Source of the DNA: Deltaproteobacteria bacterium RBG_13_52_11
GTDB taxonomy: Bacteria; Desulfobacterota; B13-G15; RBG-16-54-18
DNA length: 36,262 bases
Assembly: GCA_001797745.1 (NCBI GenBank)
Contig: MGQF01000067.1
Coordinates: 6,412 to 42,673, forward strand
Direction of reading: 5' to 3'
Position numbers and translations under genes: made by a program. The stretch's first letter is position 1. Each line of letters starts with the position of its first letter. The notes under the pieces were generated by a model, which ran no database searches, had not been told where the DNA came from, and saw only the letters and a list, made by a program, of their open reading frames with translations. Below, in pieces: positions 1 through 9,115 of the stretch.

Positions 1-915
1 GGGACCACGGTAGCAATGATCAGGGATGCCCCCTGGATAGGGAGGGGGCTTGATACCTTTGGTCTCATCTATCCCTCCTTCCAGAGGCCTGGGGTAAATA
101 TAGTCCACCACTCCCACAATACCTATCTCCAGTTAGGGGTAGAGATGGGGATCATAGGCACCATCGTCTTTTTGTGGTTTGGCTGCTGGTGGCTTTGGCG
201 TATTGTACGTATCTTTAAAGAAACTAAAGATAAAAAATTGAGGGTCTTGGTGGGTTCCCTGATGGTGGCAGGCATGGCCTTTTTTCTTCATAATGCCTTG
301 GATTTTGAGTTCTACCTCCCCAACGTCACCCTGCCAGGATTTGCCGTCCTGGCCTTGGCCATCGGTGCCCAGAAGAAGGATAAGGTTTATAAAATAGCTG
401 TAAAGAAAAGCAGAAGATCGCTCTTCACCGCAGCGGGGTTCATAGGGACAATAGCGGCTTCCCTCCTCTTGCTCTGCCCTTTTTACGGGCAGATGCATTT
501 TCAGAGGGCAAAAAGCCTTCTCGATTCAGGACCCTACTTCGCAGAAGGGGCTGCAGCAGAGCTCCAAAAGGCCATTCGCCTTGATCCCCACAACAGCCAA
601 TACCATCATCAGTATGGGGTGTTACTCGTTCAGAGGCTCTCCCGCCGGCAGGAAGGAATTACTGAGGTGCAGGAGGCCATACGACTGAGTCCTTGGCGTC
701 ACTACTACCATTTTGATTTAGGTATGATATACTACTTGATCGCGGGGGAGAGGGAAAAAGGGTTAGAGGAGTTCAAGAAGGCCTCTCAACTCTACCCTCT
801 TAATGAGGACTACCACCAATGGTTGAGGGCCGTCTATCTCCAGATGGGGGAGAAGGATTTAGCTTCCCAGGAGGAGCAATGGATAGAAAAGATACAGAGA
901 GGGGGAGGGGATTGA
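1..915 (+). CDS. O-antigen ligase (Wzy_C)-like polytopic membrane protein, C-terminal part, fused to TPR repeats. 5-prime partial; the frame is open to base 1.
   Basis: GRGLDTFG...HHSHNTYLQLGVEMGIIG matches the end of the Wzy_C/O-antigen ligase domain. It is followed by further TM helices. The soluble tail has TPR-like AxxxLxxAIRLDP / EAIRLSP / KASQLYP repeats. Confidence 0.7.
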   Translation, partial: GTTVAMIRDAPWIGRGLDTFGLIYPSFQRPGVNIVHHSHNTYLQLGVEMGIIGTIVFLWFGCWWLWRIVRIFKETKDKKLRVLVGSLMVAGMAFFLHNALDFEFYLPNVTLPGFAVLALAIGAQKKDKVYKIAVKKSRRSLFTAAGFIGTIAASLLLLCPFYGQMHFQRAKSLLDSGPYFAEGAAAELQKAIRLDPHNSQYHHQYGVLLVQRLSRRQEGITEVQEAIRLSPWRHYYHFDLGMIYYLIAGEREKGLEEFKKASQLYPLNEDYHQWLRAVYLQMGEKDLASQEEQWIEKIQRGGGD

Positions 916-1856
916 AAAGGCTCTCCATAGTGATCCCCATCTTCAACGAGGAGCAGAATATCGCCCCCCTCTATAGGGAGCTCAAGACCGTTCTGGAAGG
1001 AATGGGGGCGGAGTATGAGGTGATCTTCGTCGATGACGGCAGCGATGACGGCAGCAGTGAGGTCCTAGAGCAATTGGCTCAGGGGGACAAATGGATTAAA
1101 GTCATCCAATTTCGCAAAAATTTCGGGCAGACTGCTGCCATCGCTGCCGGTGTGGAACATGCCCAGGGGGAGATCATCGTCACCTTGGATGGCGATGGTC
1201 AGAACGACCCCCGAGACATCCCCCGGCTCTTGGAGAGGTTGGAGCAGGGCTATGATGTGGCCAGCGGCTGGAGGCGAAACAGAAAAGATCCCCTTCTCAA
1301 CAAGAGATTCCCCTCTGCCTTTGCCAATAAGTTGATCTCCTGGCTGACTAAGGTCAAGCTGCACGACTACGGATGTACCCTCAAGGCATACCGAAGGGAT
1401 ATCTTAAAGGATGTGCGGCTCTACGGGGAGATGCACCGCTTTATCCCGGCGTATGCCTCGTGGGTGGGGGCGAGGATTACAGAGTTGGAGGTAGCCCATC
1501 ACCCCCGTAGACATGGAAGATCTAAATACGGCCTTTCCCGAACCACGAGCATCATTCTGGATCTCATAACTTTTTTATTCTTGCAGCGCTATTCCACCAA
1601 GCCCATTCGTCTCTTCGGGGGAGCGGGGATGATTCTTTTCGGTTTAGGGATTTTGGCAGGACTGTTCGTCCTCTATCGGAGGATCATTTGGGGAGGGGTT
1701 TGGATCAGCCCTATGATCTTGATCGCCTTTTTCTTTATCACCATGGGGGTAATGTTTATTCTGCTGGGGCTCATTGCAGAGATCATTATCCGCACCTACC
1801 ACGAGTCGCAGAAGAAGCCTATCTATGCGATAAAGACGACTGCGAACCTTGATTGA
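879..1856 (+). CDS. Family 2 glycosyltransferase, polyprenyl-phosphate sugar synthase type (GtrB/ArnC/DPM1-like), with two C-terminal TM helices
   Basis: LSIVIPIFNEE, VIFVDDGSDDGS and TLDGDGQNDP (DxD region) motifs, then two hydrophobic helices at the C-terminus. Alternative start: TTG at 912, overlapping the upstream stop (TTGA) and preceded by GGGGGAGGGG. Confidence 0.85.
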   Translation: MDRKDTERGRGLKRLSIVIPIFNEEQNIAPLYRELKTVLEGMGAEYEVIFVDDGSDDGSSEVLEQLAQGDKWIKVIQFRKNFGQTAAIAAGVEHAQGEIIVTLDGDGQNDPRDIPRLLERLEQGYDVASGWRRNRKDPLLNKRFPSAFANKLISWLTKVKLHDYGCTLKAYRRDILKDVRLYGEMHRFIPAYASWVGARITELEVAHHPRRHGRSKYGLSRTTSIILDLITFLFLQRYSTKPIRLFGGAGMILFGLGILAGLFVLYRRIIWGGVWISPMILIAFFFITMGVMFILLGLIAEIIIRTYHESQKKPIYAIKTTANLD

Positions 1857-1944
1857 TCACCTCATAGAAATGGAGTGCTCAACAAAGATTTGGGTGTGGA
1901 GGTCTTTTCTTAAGAGCTAAAAATTTTCCAAAGGGCTAAGTTAT

Positions 1945-3837
1945 ATGTGCGGCATCTGTGGCTATAGTTTTCCCGATGAGAGACCGGTGGATCTTAACAT
2001 CTTGAAAAAGATGACTATGACCTTACAACATAGGGGGCCTGATGATGCGGGGTACTATACCAATGATGGAATTGCCCTGGGGCACCGGAGGTTGAGCATT
2101 ATAGACCTCGATACAGGCAAGCAGCCTATCCACAATGAAGATGAAACCATCTATGTGGTATTCAATGGGGAGATCTATAACTTTCCAGAGCTGAAAAAGG
2201 AATTAGAGGAAAAGGGGCATAGGTTTTATACCAAAACAGATACAGAGGTGTTGGTCCATCTCTATGAGGAAAGGGCAGAACGGTGTGTGGAGAGTCTTGC
2301 GGGGATGTTCGCTTTTGCCATCTGGGATGGGAAGAAAAGGAAGTTGTTGCTTGCCAGGGACAGGATAGGCATAAAGCCCCTCTATTATTCCTATAACGGC
2401 AAGGCATTTGCCTTTGCCTCTGAACCCAAGGCCCTCTTGCGACTCCCCTGGATAGAGAGGAGGCTTGATCCCCAAGGTCTGAGCCACTATCTGAGTTATG
2501 ATTTTATCCCTGCCCCTTTTTGTATCTACGAGGATATTAGAAAGGTACCGCCGGGACATCAGGTCATTTATCAAGATGGAGCCCTCCGGTGTGAGAGCTA
2601 TTGGGAGTTGGATCTGAGCGATCGTTTCGATGGCAATTTAGATGAAGGGGAACTCTGCGAACTGATCTGGAGGGAATTTTGTCGGGTGGTCAAGACCCAT
2701 CTGATCAGTGATGTCCCTTTAGGGGTGCTCCTGAGCGGAGGCATTGACTCCACCTCGGTCCTTGCCGCCCTCAGATACGAGGGTGTGGATGATGTCAAGA
2801 CCTTTTCAATCGGTTTTGAGGACCCCTCTTTCGACGAGTCCAGGTATTTTCGGAGGGCGGCCTCCTTCTTCGAGACAGAGCATCATGAGGAAGTCCTCGC
2901 CCCTCACAAGCTCATCGACATCCTCCCCGAGGTCGCCTCTATCCTCGATGAGCCTTTGGCTGATGCCTCTATTATGCCCACCTATCTCCTCAGCCGATTC
3001 ACCAAGAGCTCTGTAAAGGTTACTTTGGGAGGGGATGGCGGTGATGAGCTCTTTGCAGGGTATCCCACCTATCAGGCCTTTTTGCTCGCTCGCTATTATG
3101 AAAGACTCCCATCGGCGATGCAATCTTTTATCGAAACAGTGGTAAAAAGGCTTCCCGTGTCATTTAACAACATGAGCCTTGACTTTCGCGCCAAGAAGTT
3201 CATTCACGGCATCCCCTATCCACCTGTGGAAAGGTATTACATCTGGATGGGGACCTTTCCGCCCGATGAGAAGGGGGAATTGCTTGCACCCGGTATAAAG
3301 AGAAGGCTGGAAGATCTTAATTCCTTTGATGTGTTGCATGACTATCTCAGAGATAAGACCTTCAGCTCTGAGCTGGGAAAGCTCCTGTATCTGGATACCA
3401 AGCTCTATTTGCAGGATGGGGTGCTGGCCAAGGTGGACCGTGCGAGCATGGCCCACGGACTGGAGGTGAGGGTGCCTTTTCTCGATCACCGATTCGTCGA
3501 GCTGATAACAGGGCTCCCTGAGGGGTTGAAGCTCAAGGGGTTTACGACCAAATATATATGGAAAAAAGCGATCAGAGGCCGCATCCCTGATGAGATCGGG
3601 AAAAGGGGGAAGAAGGGGTTTGGTATCCCCCTTGCCAAGTGGCTCTGCAAGGAGTTGAAGGGGTTGATGTTGGAGTTGCTCTCAGAAAGAAGGCTTAAAA
3701 GCCAGGGGGTGTTCAATCCCTCTATCGTAAAAAGGCTCGTTTCTGATCACCTCGCCCGTCGGGCAGACAACAGGAAGCAACTATGGAATCTATTGATCTT
3801 TCAACTATGGTGGGATAGGTTTGGAGCAAGGAGCTGA
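1945..3837 (+). CDS. asnB: Asparagine synthetase (glutamine-hydrolysing), of the kind found in polysaccharide loci
   Basis: N-terminal MCGI (catalytic Cys2), HRGPD and RRLSIIDL Ntn-amidotransferase motifs. SGGIDS PP-loop in the synthetase domain. 630 aa. Confidence 0.9.
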   Translation: MCGICGYSFPDERPVDLNILKKMTMTLQHRGPDDAGYYTNDGIALGHRRLSIIDLDTGKQPIHNEDETIYVVFNGEIYNFPELKKELEEKGHRFYTKTDTEVLVHLYEERAERCVESLAGMFAFAIWDGKKRKLLLARDRIGIKPLYYSYNGKAFAFASEPKALLRLPWIERRLDPQGLSHYLSYDFIPAPFCIYEDIRKVPPGHQVIYQDGALRCESYWELDLSDRFDGNLDEGELCELIWREFCRVVKTHLISDVPLGVLLSGGIDSTSVLAALRYEGVDDVKTFSIGFEDPSFDESRYFRRAASFFETEHHEEVLAPHKLIDILPEVASILDEPLADASIMPTYLLSRFTKSSVKVTLGGDGGDELFAGYPTYQAFLLARYYERLPSAMQSFIETVVKRLPVSFNNMSLDFRAKKFIHGIPYPPVERYYIWMGTFPPDEKGELLAPGIKRRLEDLNSFDVLHDYLRDKTFSSELGKLLYLDTKLYLQDGVLAKVDRASMAHGLEVRVPFLDHRFVELITGLPEGLKLKGFTTKYIWKKAIRGRIPDEIGKRGKKGFGIPLAKWLCKELKGLMLELLSERRLKSQGVFNPSIVKRLVSDHLARRADNRKQLWNLLIFQLWWDRFGARS

Positions 3838-3840
3838 ATA

Positions 3841-6165
3841 ATGGGGGATAAAGAAAAAAAGATCTTTTTATTTTTTCTCATCATTTTTTTCGGGTTCTGC
3901 GCCATCTTTGCCGTCCAGAAGATAGTAGATCCTGACTTCTGGTGGCATCTCAAGACTGGAGAGTGGATATGGCAACACAAGGCCATACCCCATGCTGATC
4001 CCTTCTCTTATACCTTTCGAGGTGCAGAGTGGATAAATTATGAATGGCTCTTCCATGCCGTGATCTACCCCATATACCAATTGAGTGGATTTGGGGGGTT
4101 GATCATCTTTGTGATGATCGTTGTTATATTGACATTTTTGATCCTCTTTTTAGCCTGCCGCGAGGTGGATGGGGGGAAAAGATGGCTGAGCATCACCATA
4201 CTCTTTGTAGCCCTCCTAGTGGCCTGGGGGCGTTTCGCGATCCGCCCTCAAATAATCTCTTTCCTTTTTCTTAGCCTCTACCTGTATCTCCTCATCCTCC
4301 ACCGGAAAGAGCAAATCACTACCCGCCAGTTAATTCTTTTTCTCATCCCCGCCCATATCTTGTGGGTCAACGTTCACGGCAGCTTCCTTCTGGGGATATT
4401 CTTGGTAGGTGCATATGCCTTGGGCAGATTTGTCCCCTTGGCCCTGAGCCACCACCGAGACCTTAAGCCTGTACTGCAAGATAAAAAGCTGCAAGGTTTG
4501 CTTTTCTTATGCCTTCTTTTAGTTCTAGCGTCCTTTTTTAATCCCTATACATATCGCGTCTTCCTCATTCCAATAAAAACAGCGGTGGCAGAAGAGGCCC
4601 TCAGGTCTATTGCCGAATGGACCCCCGTGGACATCAGGTCCCTCGGACTTATCGTCGTCGATTATACGATGTGGTATCGCATCCTCTTTCTCATTGGGGC
4701 TACCTCCTTTTTGATCCGATTGGATAACCTGAAGAAAGTAGAGAATGTAATAATCTTCACTCTTTTCTCCTATATGGCCTTCAAACACGTCCGCTTTTGC
4801 GCTGACTTTGCCATAGTGACAGCACCCATGATCATCAACAATCTTGCACAATTCCGGTGGCGCGTGCATAGATGGAAATGGGCTTTCTTTCTTCCTTTAT
4901 TCATACTTATCGTCTTTTCCGCCAATACTGTGAGAGGGCTCATAAGTCAAAAGAGGTTAGGCCTGGGGGTCTGGACTAATTACCCGGCGACGGCGGTGAA
5001 CTTTTTAAAAGAGCACAATGTGCGTGGGAAGATATTTAACGACTACAACTTCGGTGGATATCTCATCTGGCACCTCTGGCCGGATATCCCCGTCTACATA
5101 GATGGGAGGACCCCTACTATTTACGATCAAGACTTCCTTTGGCTTGATGGTATGGCGCAACAAAAAAAAGAGGTGTGGGAAAAGGTGGCCGAACGATATG
5201 GGATAGACATCGTACTTATGCACGATGAAAGAGATAAGGGTTATGCGTCCCTCTTCTACTGGCTTGATGAAGATGAGGATTGGATGCTTGTGGCTTTTGA
5301 TGATGTTTCTAATCTCTATATAAAAAAGGGGACGAAGTTTGATGAATTGATAAAACAATATAGGTTTCGTTACCTGCGGCCAGGTCTTGTCGGTATGGAA
5401 TATGCCAAGCAATGGAAGGGAAATAAGAGGTATCTCCAGGGGTTTGAAAAGGAACTTAATGTGGCTTGTCAGAGGTTCCCTCAAGAGTTTTATCCTTTTT
5501 ATTACCTTGGGATTTACCATCAGATCTATGGGACAAAGGAACATTTTCAAGAGTCCGAGAAGGCCTTTCTTAAAGCAATAGCGAACCGCCCATATTTCAC
5601 ACAGGGTTATTATGAGCTAGGTTTTACCCTCATGAAATTGGAACGGTATGATGAAGCAATAAAGGCGCTGAAGAAGGCCATGAGGCTTAATCCTAATATT
5701 CGAGCTGAGTCTTATTACAATCTAGGTGTTGCTCTATTTCAGAAAGGTGAAATAAATGAGGCTATAAAGTTTTTGGAGAAATACAAAGAGAAGGCAGGAT
5801 TTGGGACGAAGGTAGAGGTATATAGATTACTTGGAAGGGCCTATCTTCAGCGACATAAATTACAAAAGGCCTTAAGCTGCTTTGAGCGTTTGGGATATCT
5901 TGAGCAACCCACGTGGGATACCTTGCTTAATATGGGTGTTGCGTACTTCGGCTTGGATAGATTGGAAAAAGCGCGGGAGTGTTTTGAACGCGCCAGGGAG
6001 ATGGAACCTGGCGCGTTCAAGGTTGTTTACAATCTGGCTGTCGTCTATGAAAAGTTGGGACTTATGGAAAAGGCAAAAAAGATGTATGAAGATGCCTCTC
6101 ACATCAGGCCTCAAAATCATGATGAAGAAGCCTTGATACAAAAGGTTAGAGAGAAATTAAAGTGA
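3841..6165 (+). CDS. Large polytopic membrane protein (GT-C-like or polymerase-like N-terminal half) with a C-terminal TPR domain
   Basis: About 10 or more hydrophobic helices in the first ~370 aa. There is an acidic first-loop motif, DPDFWWHLKTGEW. The C-terminal ~250 aa carry repeated AxxAxxKAxxLxP TPR signatures. The ATG lies 3 nt after the asnB stop. Confidence 0.7.
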   Translation: MGDKEKKIFLFFLIIFFGFCAIFAVQKIVDPDFWWHLKTGEWIWQHKAIPHADPFSYTFRGAEWINYEWLFHAVIYPIYQLSGFGGLIIFVMIVVILTFLILFLACREVDGGKRWLSITILFVALLVAWGRFAIRPQIISFLFLSLYLYLLILHRKEQITTRQLILFLIPAHILWVNVHGSFLLGIFLVGAYALGRFVPLALSHHRDLKPVLQDKKLQGLLFLCLLLVLASFFNPYTYRVFLIPIKTAVAEEALRSIAEWTPVDIRSLGLIVVDYTMWYRILFLIGATSFLIRLDNLKKVENVIIFTLFSYMAFKHVRFCADFAIVTAPMIINNLAQFRWRVHRWKWAFFLPLFILIVFSANTVRGLISQKRLGLGVWTNYPATAVNFLKEHNVRGKIFNDYNFGGYLIWHLWPDIPVYIDGRTPTIYDQDFLWLDGMAQQKKEVWEKVAERYGIDIVLMHDERDKGYASLFYWLDEDEDWMLVAFDDVSNLYIKKGTKFDELIKQYRFRYLRPGLVGMEYAKQWKGNKRYLQGFEKELNVACQRFPQEFYPFYYLGIYHQIYGTKEHFQESEKAFLKAIANRPYFTQGYYELGFTLMKLERYDEAIKALKKAMRLNPNIRAESYYNLGVALFQKGEINEAIKFLEKYKEKAGFGTKVEVYRLLGRAYLQRHKLQKALSCFERLGYLEQPTWDTLLNMGVAYFGLDRLEKARECFERAREMEPGAFKVVYNLAVVYEKLGLMEKAKKMYEDASHIRPQNHDEEALIQKVREKLK

Positions 6166-6169
6166 AGAA

Positions 6170-6370
6170 GTGCCTTATGCTCCCAGGCCTCTGTGGCTTG
6201 AAGGTGGGGAACAAGATCCGGAGTTTCCTCAAGAGGCTTTCATGAAAGGGATAGAAGATCTAAAAATTTGTTATAAAGGACATGAGGAACGCCTCACATG
6301 GCAGTTACTATCAGGCGGCCATCGGTTTGCAGGGAAAGGGATAGAGGAGTGGTTTGAAAAATGGCTCTGA
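6170..6370 (+). CDS. Small hypothetical protein (66 aa, GTG start); doubtful
   Basis: The ORF fills the gap between two genes. It starts 5 nt after the upstream stop and overlaps the next ATG by 10 nt. No recognisable motif. Confidence 0.3.
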   Translation: MPYAPRPLWLEGGEQDPEFPQEAFMKGIEDLKICYKGHEERLTWQLLSGGHRFAGKGIEEWFEKWL

Positions 6371-7050
6371 AAAAGTCTTTTAAAGAGTGGAACGAGGTGA
6401 TGGTAAGAAGGTATAATCCAGAAGACTATATTTTCCATTCGAACTTTTTGGTGAAATTTGTGGAGTTAATGAGGTTTAAAAAGATTAAAGATTTGCTTCA
6501 ATTGACTATCGAGGATCACTTTCTTGATATAGGCTGTGGAAGTGGATACCTATTAAATCAAGCAGTCTGCAAACGAGGGGTTGGGATGGATATTTCTGAT
6601 TTGATGGTGAAGACCGCTTGGGACAATTGCAAAAATAATGGGAAAAAGTTTATAGTTCAATCAGATGCTGAAAACCTTCCTTTTAAAAATAGAAGCTTCA
6701 ATAAAATAGTTTCTACGGAGGTAATTGAACATATCCTGCATCCCGAGGTCTTGTTAAAAGAAATAGAGCGTGTCTCAAAAAATGATACAGTAATTGTTAT
6801 CACTATCCCAAATGAAAAGTATATTAATTGGATAAAGAACCTACTCTTTTCATTAAGAGTTCATAAACTCCTATTTAGGAAAAACTATCGTCCTTCTAGG
6901 AGAATGGATGATGAGTGGCACCTTCATACATTTGATATTAAAAAATTTAAAGAATTGATAAATGGGAAGTTTATCATCGAAAAAACAATTTCCATTCCGA
7001 CAGCCTTTCTTCCTCTGCGCTATATTTTCAGCTTAAAGAGGATTTTCTAG
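6361..7050 (+). CDS. Class I SAM-dependent methyltransferase
   Basis: LDIGCGSGYL (motif I), acidic loop, and FNKIVSTEVIEH (Methyltransf_11-like). The gene is strongly AT-rich relative to its neighbours. Confidence 0.8.
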   Translation: MALKKSFKEWNEVMVRRYNPEDYIFHSNFLVKFVELMRFKKIKDLLQLTIEDHFLDIGCGSGYLLNQAVCKRGVGMDISDLMVKTAWDNCKNNGKKFIVQSDAENLPFKNRSFNKIVSTEVIEHILHPEVLLKEIERVSKNDTVIVITIPNEKYINWIKNLLFSLRVHKLLFRKNYRPSRRMDDEWHLHTFDIKKFKELINGKFIIEKTISIPTAFLPLRYIFSLKRIF

Positions 7051-7122
7051 CAGCTTAATTCAAAGACATCTTCAAATTTAAATAAGGAATATGTTAGCCA
7101 ACCATGCTTCAGGAGGTAACAA

Positions 7123-7893
7123 GTGAAGATTACTCAGGATAACAAAGACGCTTTGATCAAAAAGGCAGCCAAGGATATAGTAGATTCTCGCAAGACCATC
7201 GCCTTGACCGGTGCGGGGATATCGGTGGAAAGCGGCATCCCCGACTTCCGCAGCGCAGGGGGCTTATGGAGTAAATATGATCCTGAGGAGTATGCCCACA
7301 TCAGCGCCTTTCAATCGAATCCGGAAAAGATCTGGCACATGTTAAAGGAGATGATGGAATTGGTCCTGGGTGCTGAACCCAATCCCGCCCATAGTGCGTT
7401 GGCGGAACTGGAACAGATGGGTCTTTTGAGTTCCGTCATTACTCAGAATGTAGATGGCCTTCATCAACGGGCAGGAAGCAGGGAGGTCATCGAATTTCAC
7501 GGCTCCAACCAGTGGCTGGTATGCCTGGAATGTGGCTATCGTCAAGAAGCAGCCTCCCTCTCGTTTGAGGTCATTCCTCCGCGATGTCCTCGGTGCAGCT
7601 CCATACTGAAGCCGGACGTCGTCTTCTTTGGGGAACCCATACCCTGGGAGGTCCAAACCAGGTCCTTTGAAGAGGCGGGGACGTGTGCGTTGGTTTTAGT
7701 AGTAGGGACCTCGGCAGTGGTCTATCCTGCTGCGGGGATACCTCCGTTAGCGAAGCAAAACGGGGCCAAGGTAGTTGAGATAAATACGGAGCCCACCGCC
7801 TTAACTGGTTTTATATCTGATTATCTCATCCAAGGGTCTGCCGGCACGATACTCCCGAAGATCGTGGAGGAGGTCAGGAGGCACGTTTCTTGA
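7123..7893 (+). CDS. cobB: NAD-dependent protein deacylase, Sir2 family (CobB type)
   Basis: GAGISVESGIPDFRS, QNVDGLH, a CLECG...CPRC zinc ribbon, and GTSAVVYPAA. GTG start preceded by AGGAGG 6 nt upstream. Confidence 0.88.
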   Translation: MKITQDNKDALIKKAAKDIVDSRKTIALTGAGISVESGIPDFRSAGGLWSKYDPEEYAHISAFQSNPEKIWHMLKEMMELVLGAEPNPAHSALAELEQMGLLSSVITQNVDGLHQRAGSREVIEFHGSNQWLVCLECGYRQEAASLSFEVIPPRCPRCSSILKPDVVFFGEPIPWEVQTRSFEEAGTCALVLVVGTSAVVYPAAGIPPLAKQNGAKVVEINTEPTALTGFISDYLIQGSAGTILPKIVEEVRRHVS

Positions 7894-7927
7894 ATATATC
7901 ATCTATGTGTTTGGAGATGAAAAGGCC

Positions 7928-7950
7928 GGGTTTTGCTTCGAAACCCATTT
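7928..7950 (+). terminator. Weak hairpin after cobB (GGGTTT-N7-AAACCC followed by ATTT)
   Basis: 6-bp stem seen directly, about 35 nt after the stop. The U-tract is short, so this is only a tentative intrinsic terminator. Confidence 0.3.
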
Positions 7951-7954
7951 GGTA

Positions 7955-7983
7955 TTGCAATCAGCGAGTTATGATGCTATAAT
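7955..7983 (+). promoter_or_regulatory. Sigma-70-like promoter for the phoH operon: TTGCAA-N17-TATAAT
   Basis: Near-consensus -35 (7955-7960) and perfect -10 (7978-7983) with a 17-nt spacer. It lies ~170 nt upstream of the phoH ATG, implying a purine-rich leader. Confidence 0.45.
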
Positions 7984-8152
7984 AAGCCTCAATTCCATGA
8001 AAACAGTATCGTTCCAAGACCTCTATCTCCCCTAACCTATTCCCTGACCAGGAAAAGTCGCTATGTGAACAGAGACAGGATGACGTCTTACGCATAGTAA
8101 AGCATCAGGGAGAAGGATATAGAGGGAGAAAGAAAAGGGGCATTAATTACAG

Positions 8153-9115
8153 ATGAACCTACATTTTGATGACGTCGAAGAGGCCAAGGCCCTGTTTGGC
8201 CCCCATAATGACCACCTGAAGGCTATAGAAAGAAATCTTGAGGTAAAGGTCCACACCAAGGGGGGAAATGTCGTCATCGAAGGGGATGAATTAGATGTTG
8301 AGCTGGCCGGCACGTTATTAAGGGAACTTCAAAGGCTCTTGAAGCGGGGCTATCCCATCTATGTCAGCGACATCGATCTGGCTATCCGGATCCTCTCTGG
8401 AGACCGTTCGATCAATCTGGAGGATATATTTCTCGATGCGGTCTATATCTCCTCTAAGAAAAAGGTCGTCACCCCCAAGAGCGTGATGCAAAAAGAATAT
8501 ATCGATACCATGAGGACGCATGATATGGTAATCGGCATCGGCCCTGCTGGTACGGGGAAGACCTATCTGGCCATGGCTATGGCCCTTTCCTCCTTGATGA
8601 AAAAGGAAGTGAAGCGCATCGTATTGACCCGTCCCGCTGTGGAGGCAGGGGAAAAGTTGGGCTTTCTGCCCGGTGATCTCTATGAGAAGATTAATCCTTA
8701 TCTGAGACCCCTCTATGATGCCCTCCATGACATGTTGGACTTCGATCAGGCGTCAAAATTGATGGAGAGGGGAATTATCGAAGTAGCTCCCTTGGCCTTC
8801 ATGCGCGGCAGGACGCTGAACGATTCTTTTGTCATCTTAGATGAGGCTCAAAATACCAAGCCGGAACAGATGAAGATGTTCCTCACCAGGATGGGTTTTG
8901 GCTCCAAGGTGGTGATCACCGGTGATATCACTCAGGTTGATCTGCCTGATGGAAGGACATCAGGCTTGATCCAGATTCAGGATGTACTCAAGAAGATTCA
9001 AGGGATAAAATTCGTCTACTTCAGTGAGAAAGACGTCATCAGGCATCCCTTGGTCCAGGATATCATTAAGGCCTATGAGGAGGCCGAGCAGCAAGACAAA
9101 TCCACGGAGAAGTGA
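8153..9115 (+). CDS. phoH: PhoH-like ATPase (YbeZ/PhoH family)
   Basis: Walker [12 protein letters not shown], Walker [10 protein letters not shown], and the typical ~320 aa length. Conserved context with the 7TMR-HD gene and ybeY. Confidence 0.9.
   Translation: MNLHFDDVEEAKALFGPHNDHLKAIERNLEVKVHTKGGNVVIEGDELDVELAGTLLRELQRLLKRGYPIYVSDIDLAIRILSGDRSINLEDIFLDAVYISSKKKVVTPKSVMQKEYIDTMRTHDMVIGIGPAGTGKTYLAMAMALSSLMKKEVKRIVLTRPAVEAGEKLGFLPGDLYEKINPYLRPLYDALHDMLDFDQASKLMERGIIEVAPLAFMRGRTLNDSFVILDEAQNTKPEQMKMFLTRMGFGSKVVITGDITQVDLPDGRTSGLIQIQDVLKKIQGIKFVYFSEKDVIRHPLVQDIIKAYEEAEQQDKSTEK

Noticed and set aside
7123-7893. The Sir2-domain gene as a possible anti-phage defence component (Thoeris/DSR-like)
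   Set aside because: It is a compact 256-aa canonical sirtuin with an intact NAD pocket and a Cys4 zinc ribbon. It has no fused or adjacent effector or sensor domains and its neighbours are housekeeping genes. A CobB-type deacylase is the simpler call.
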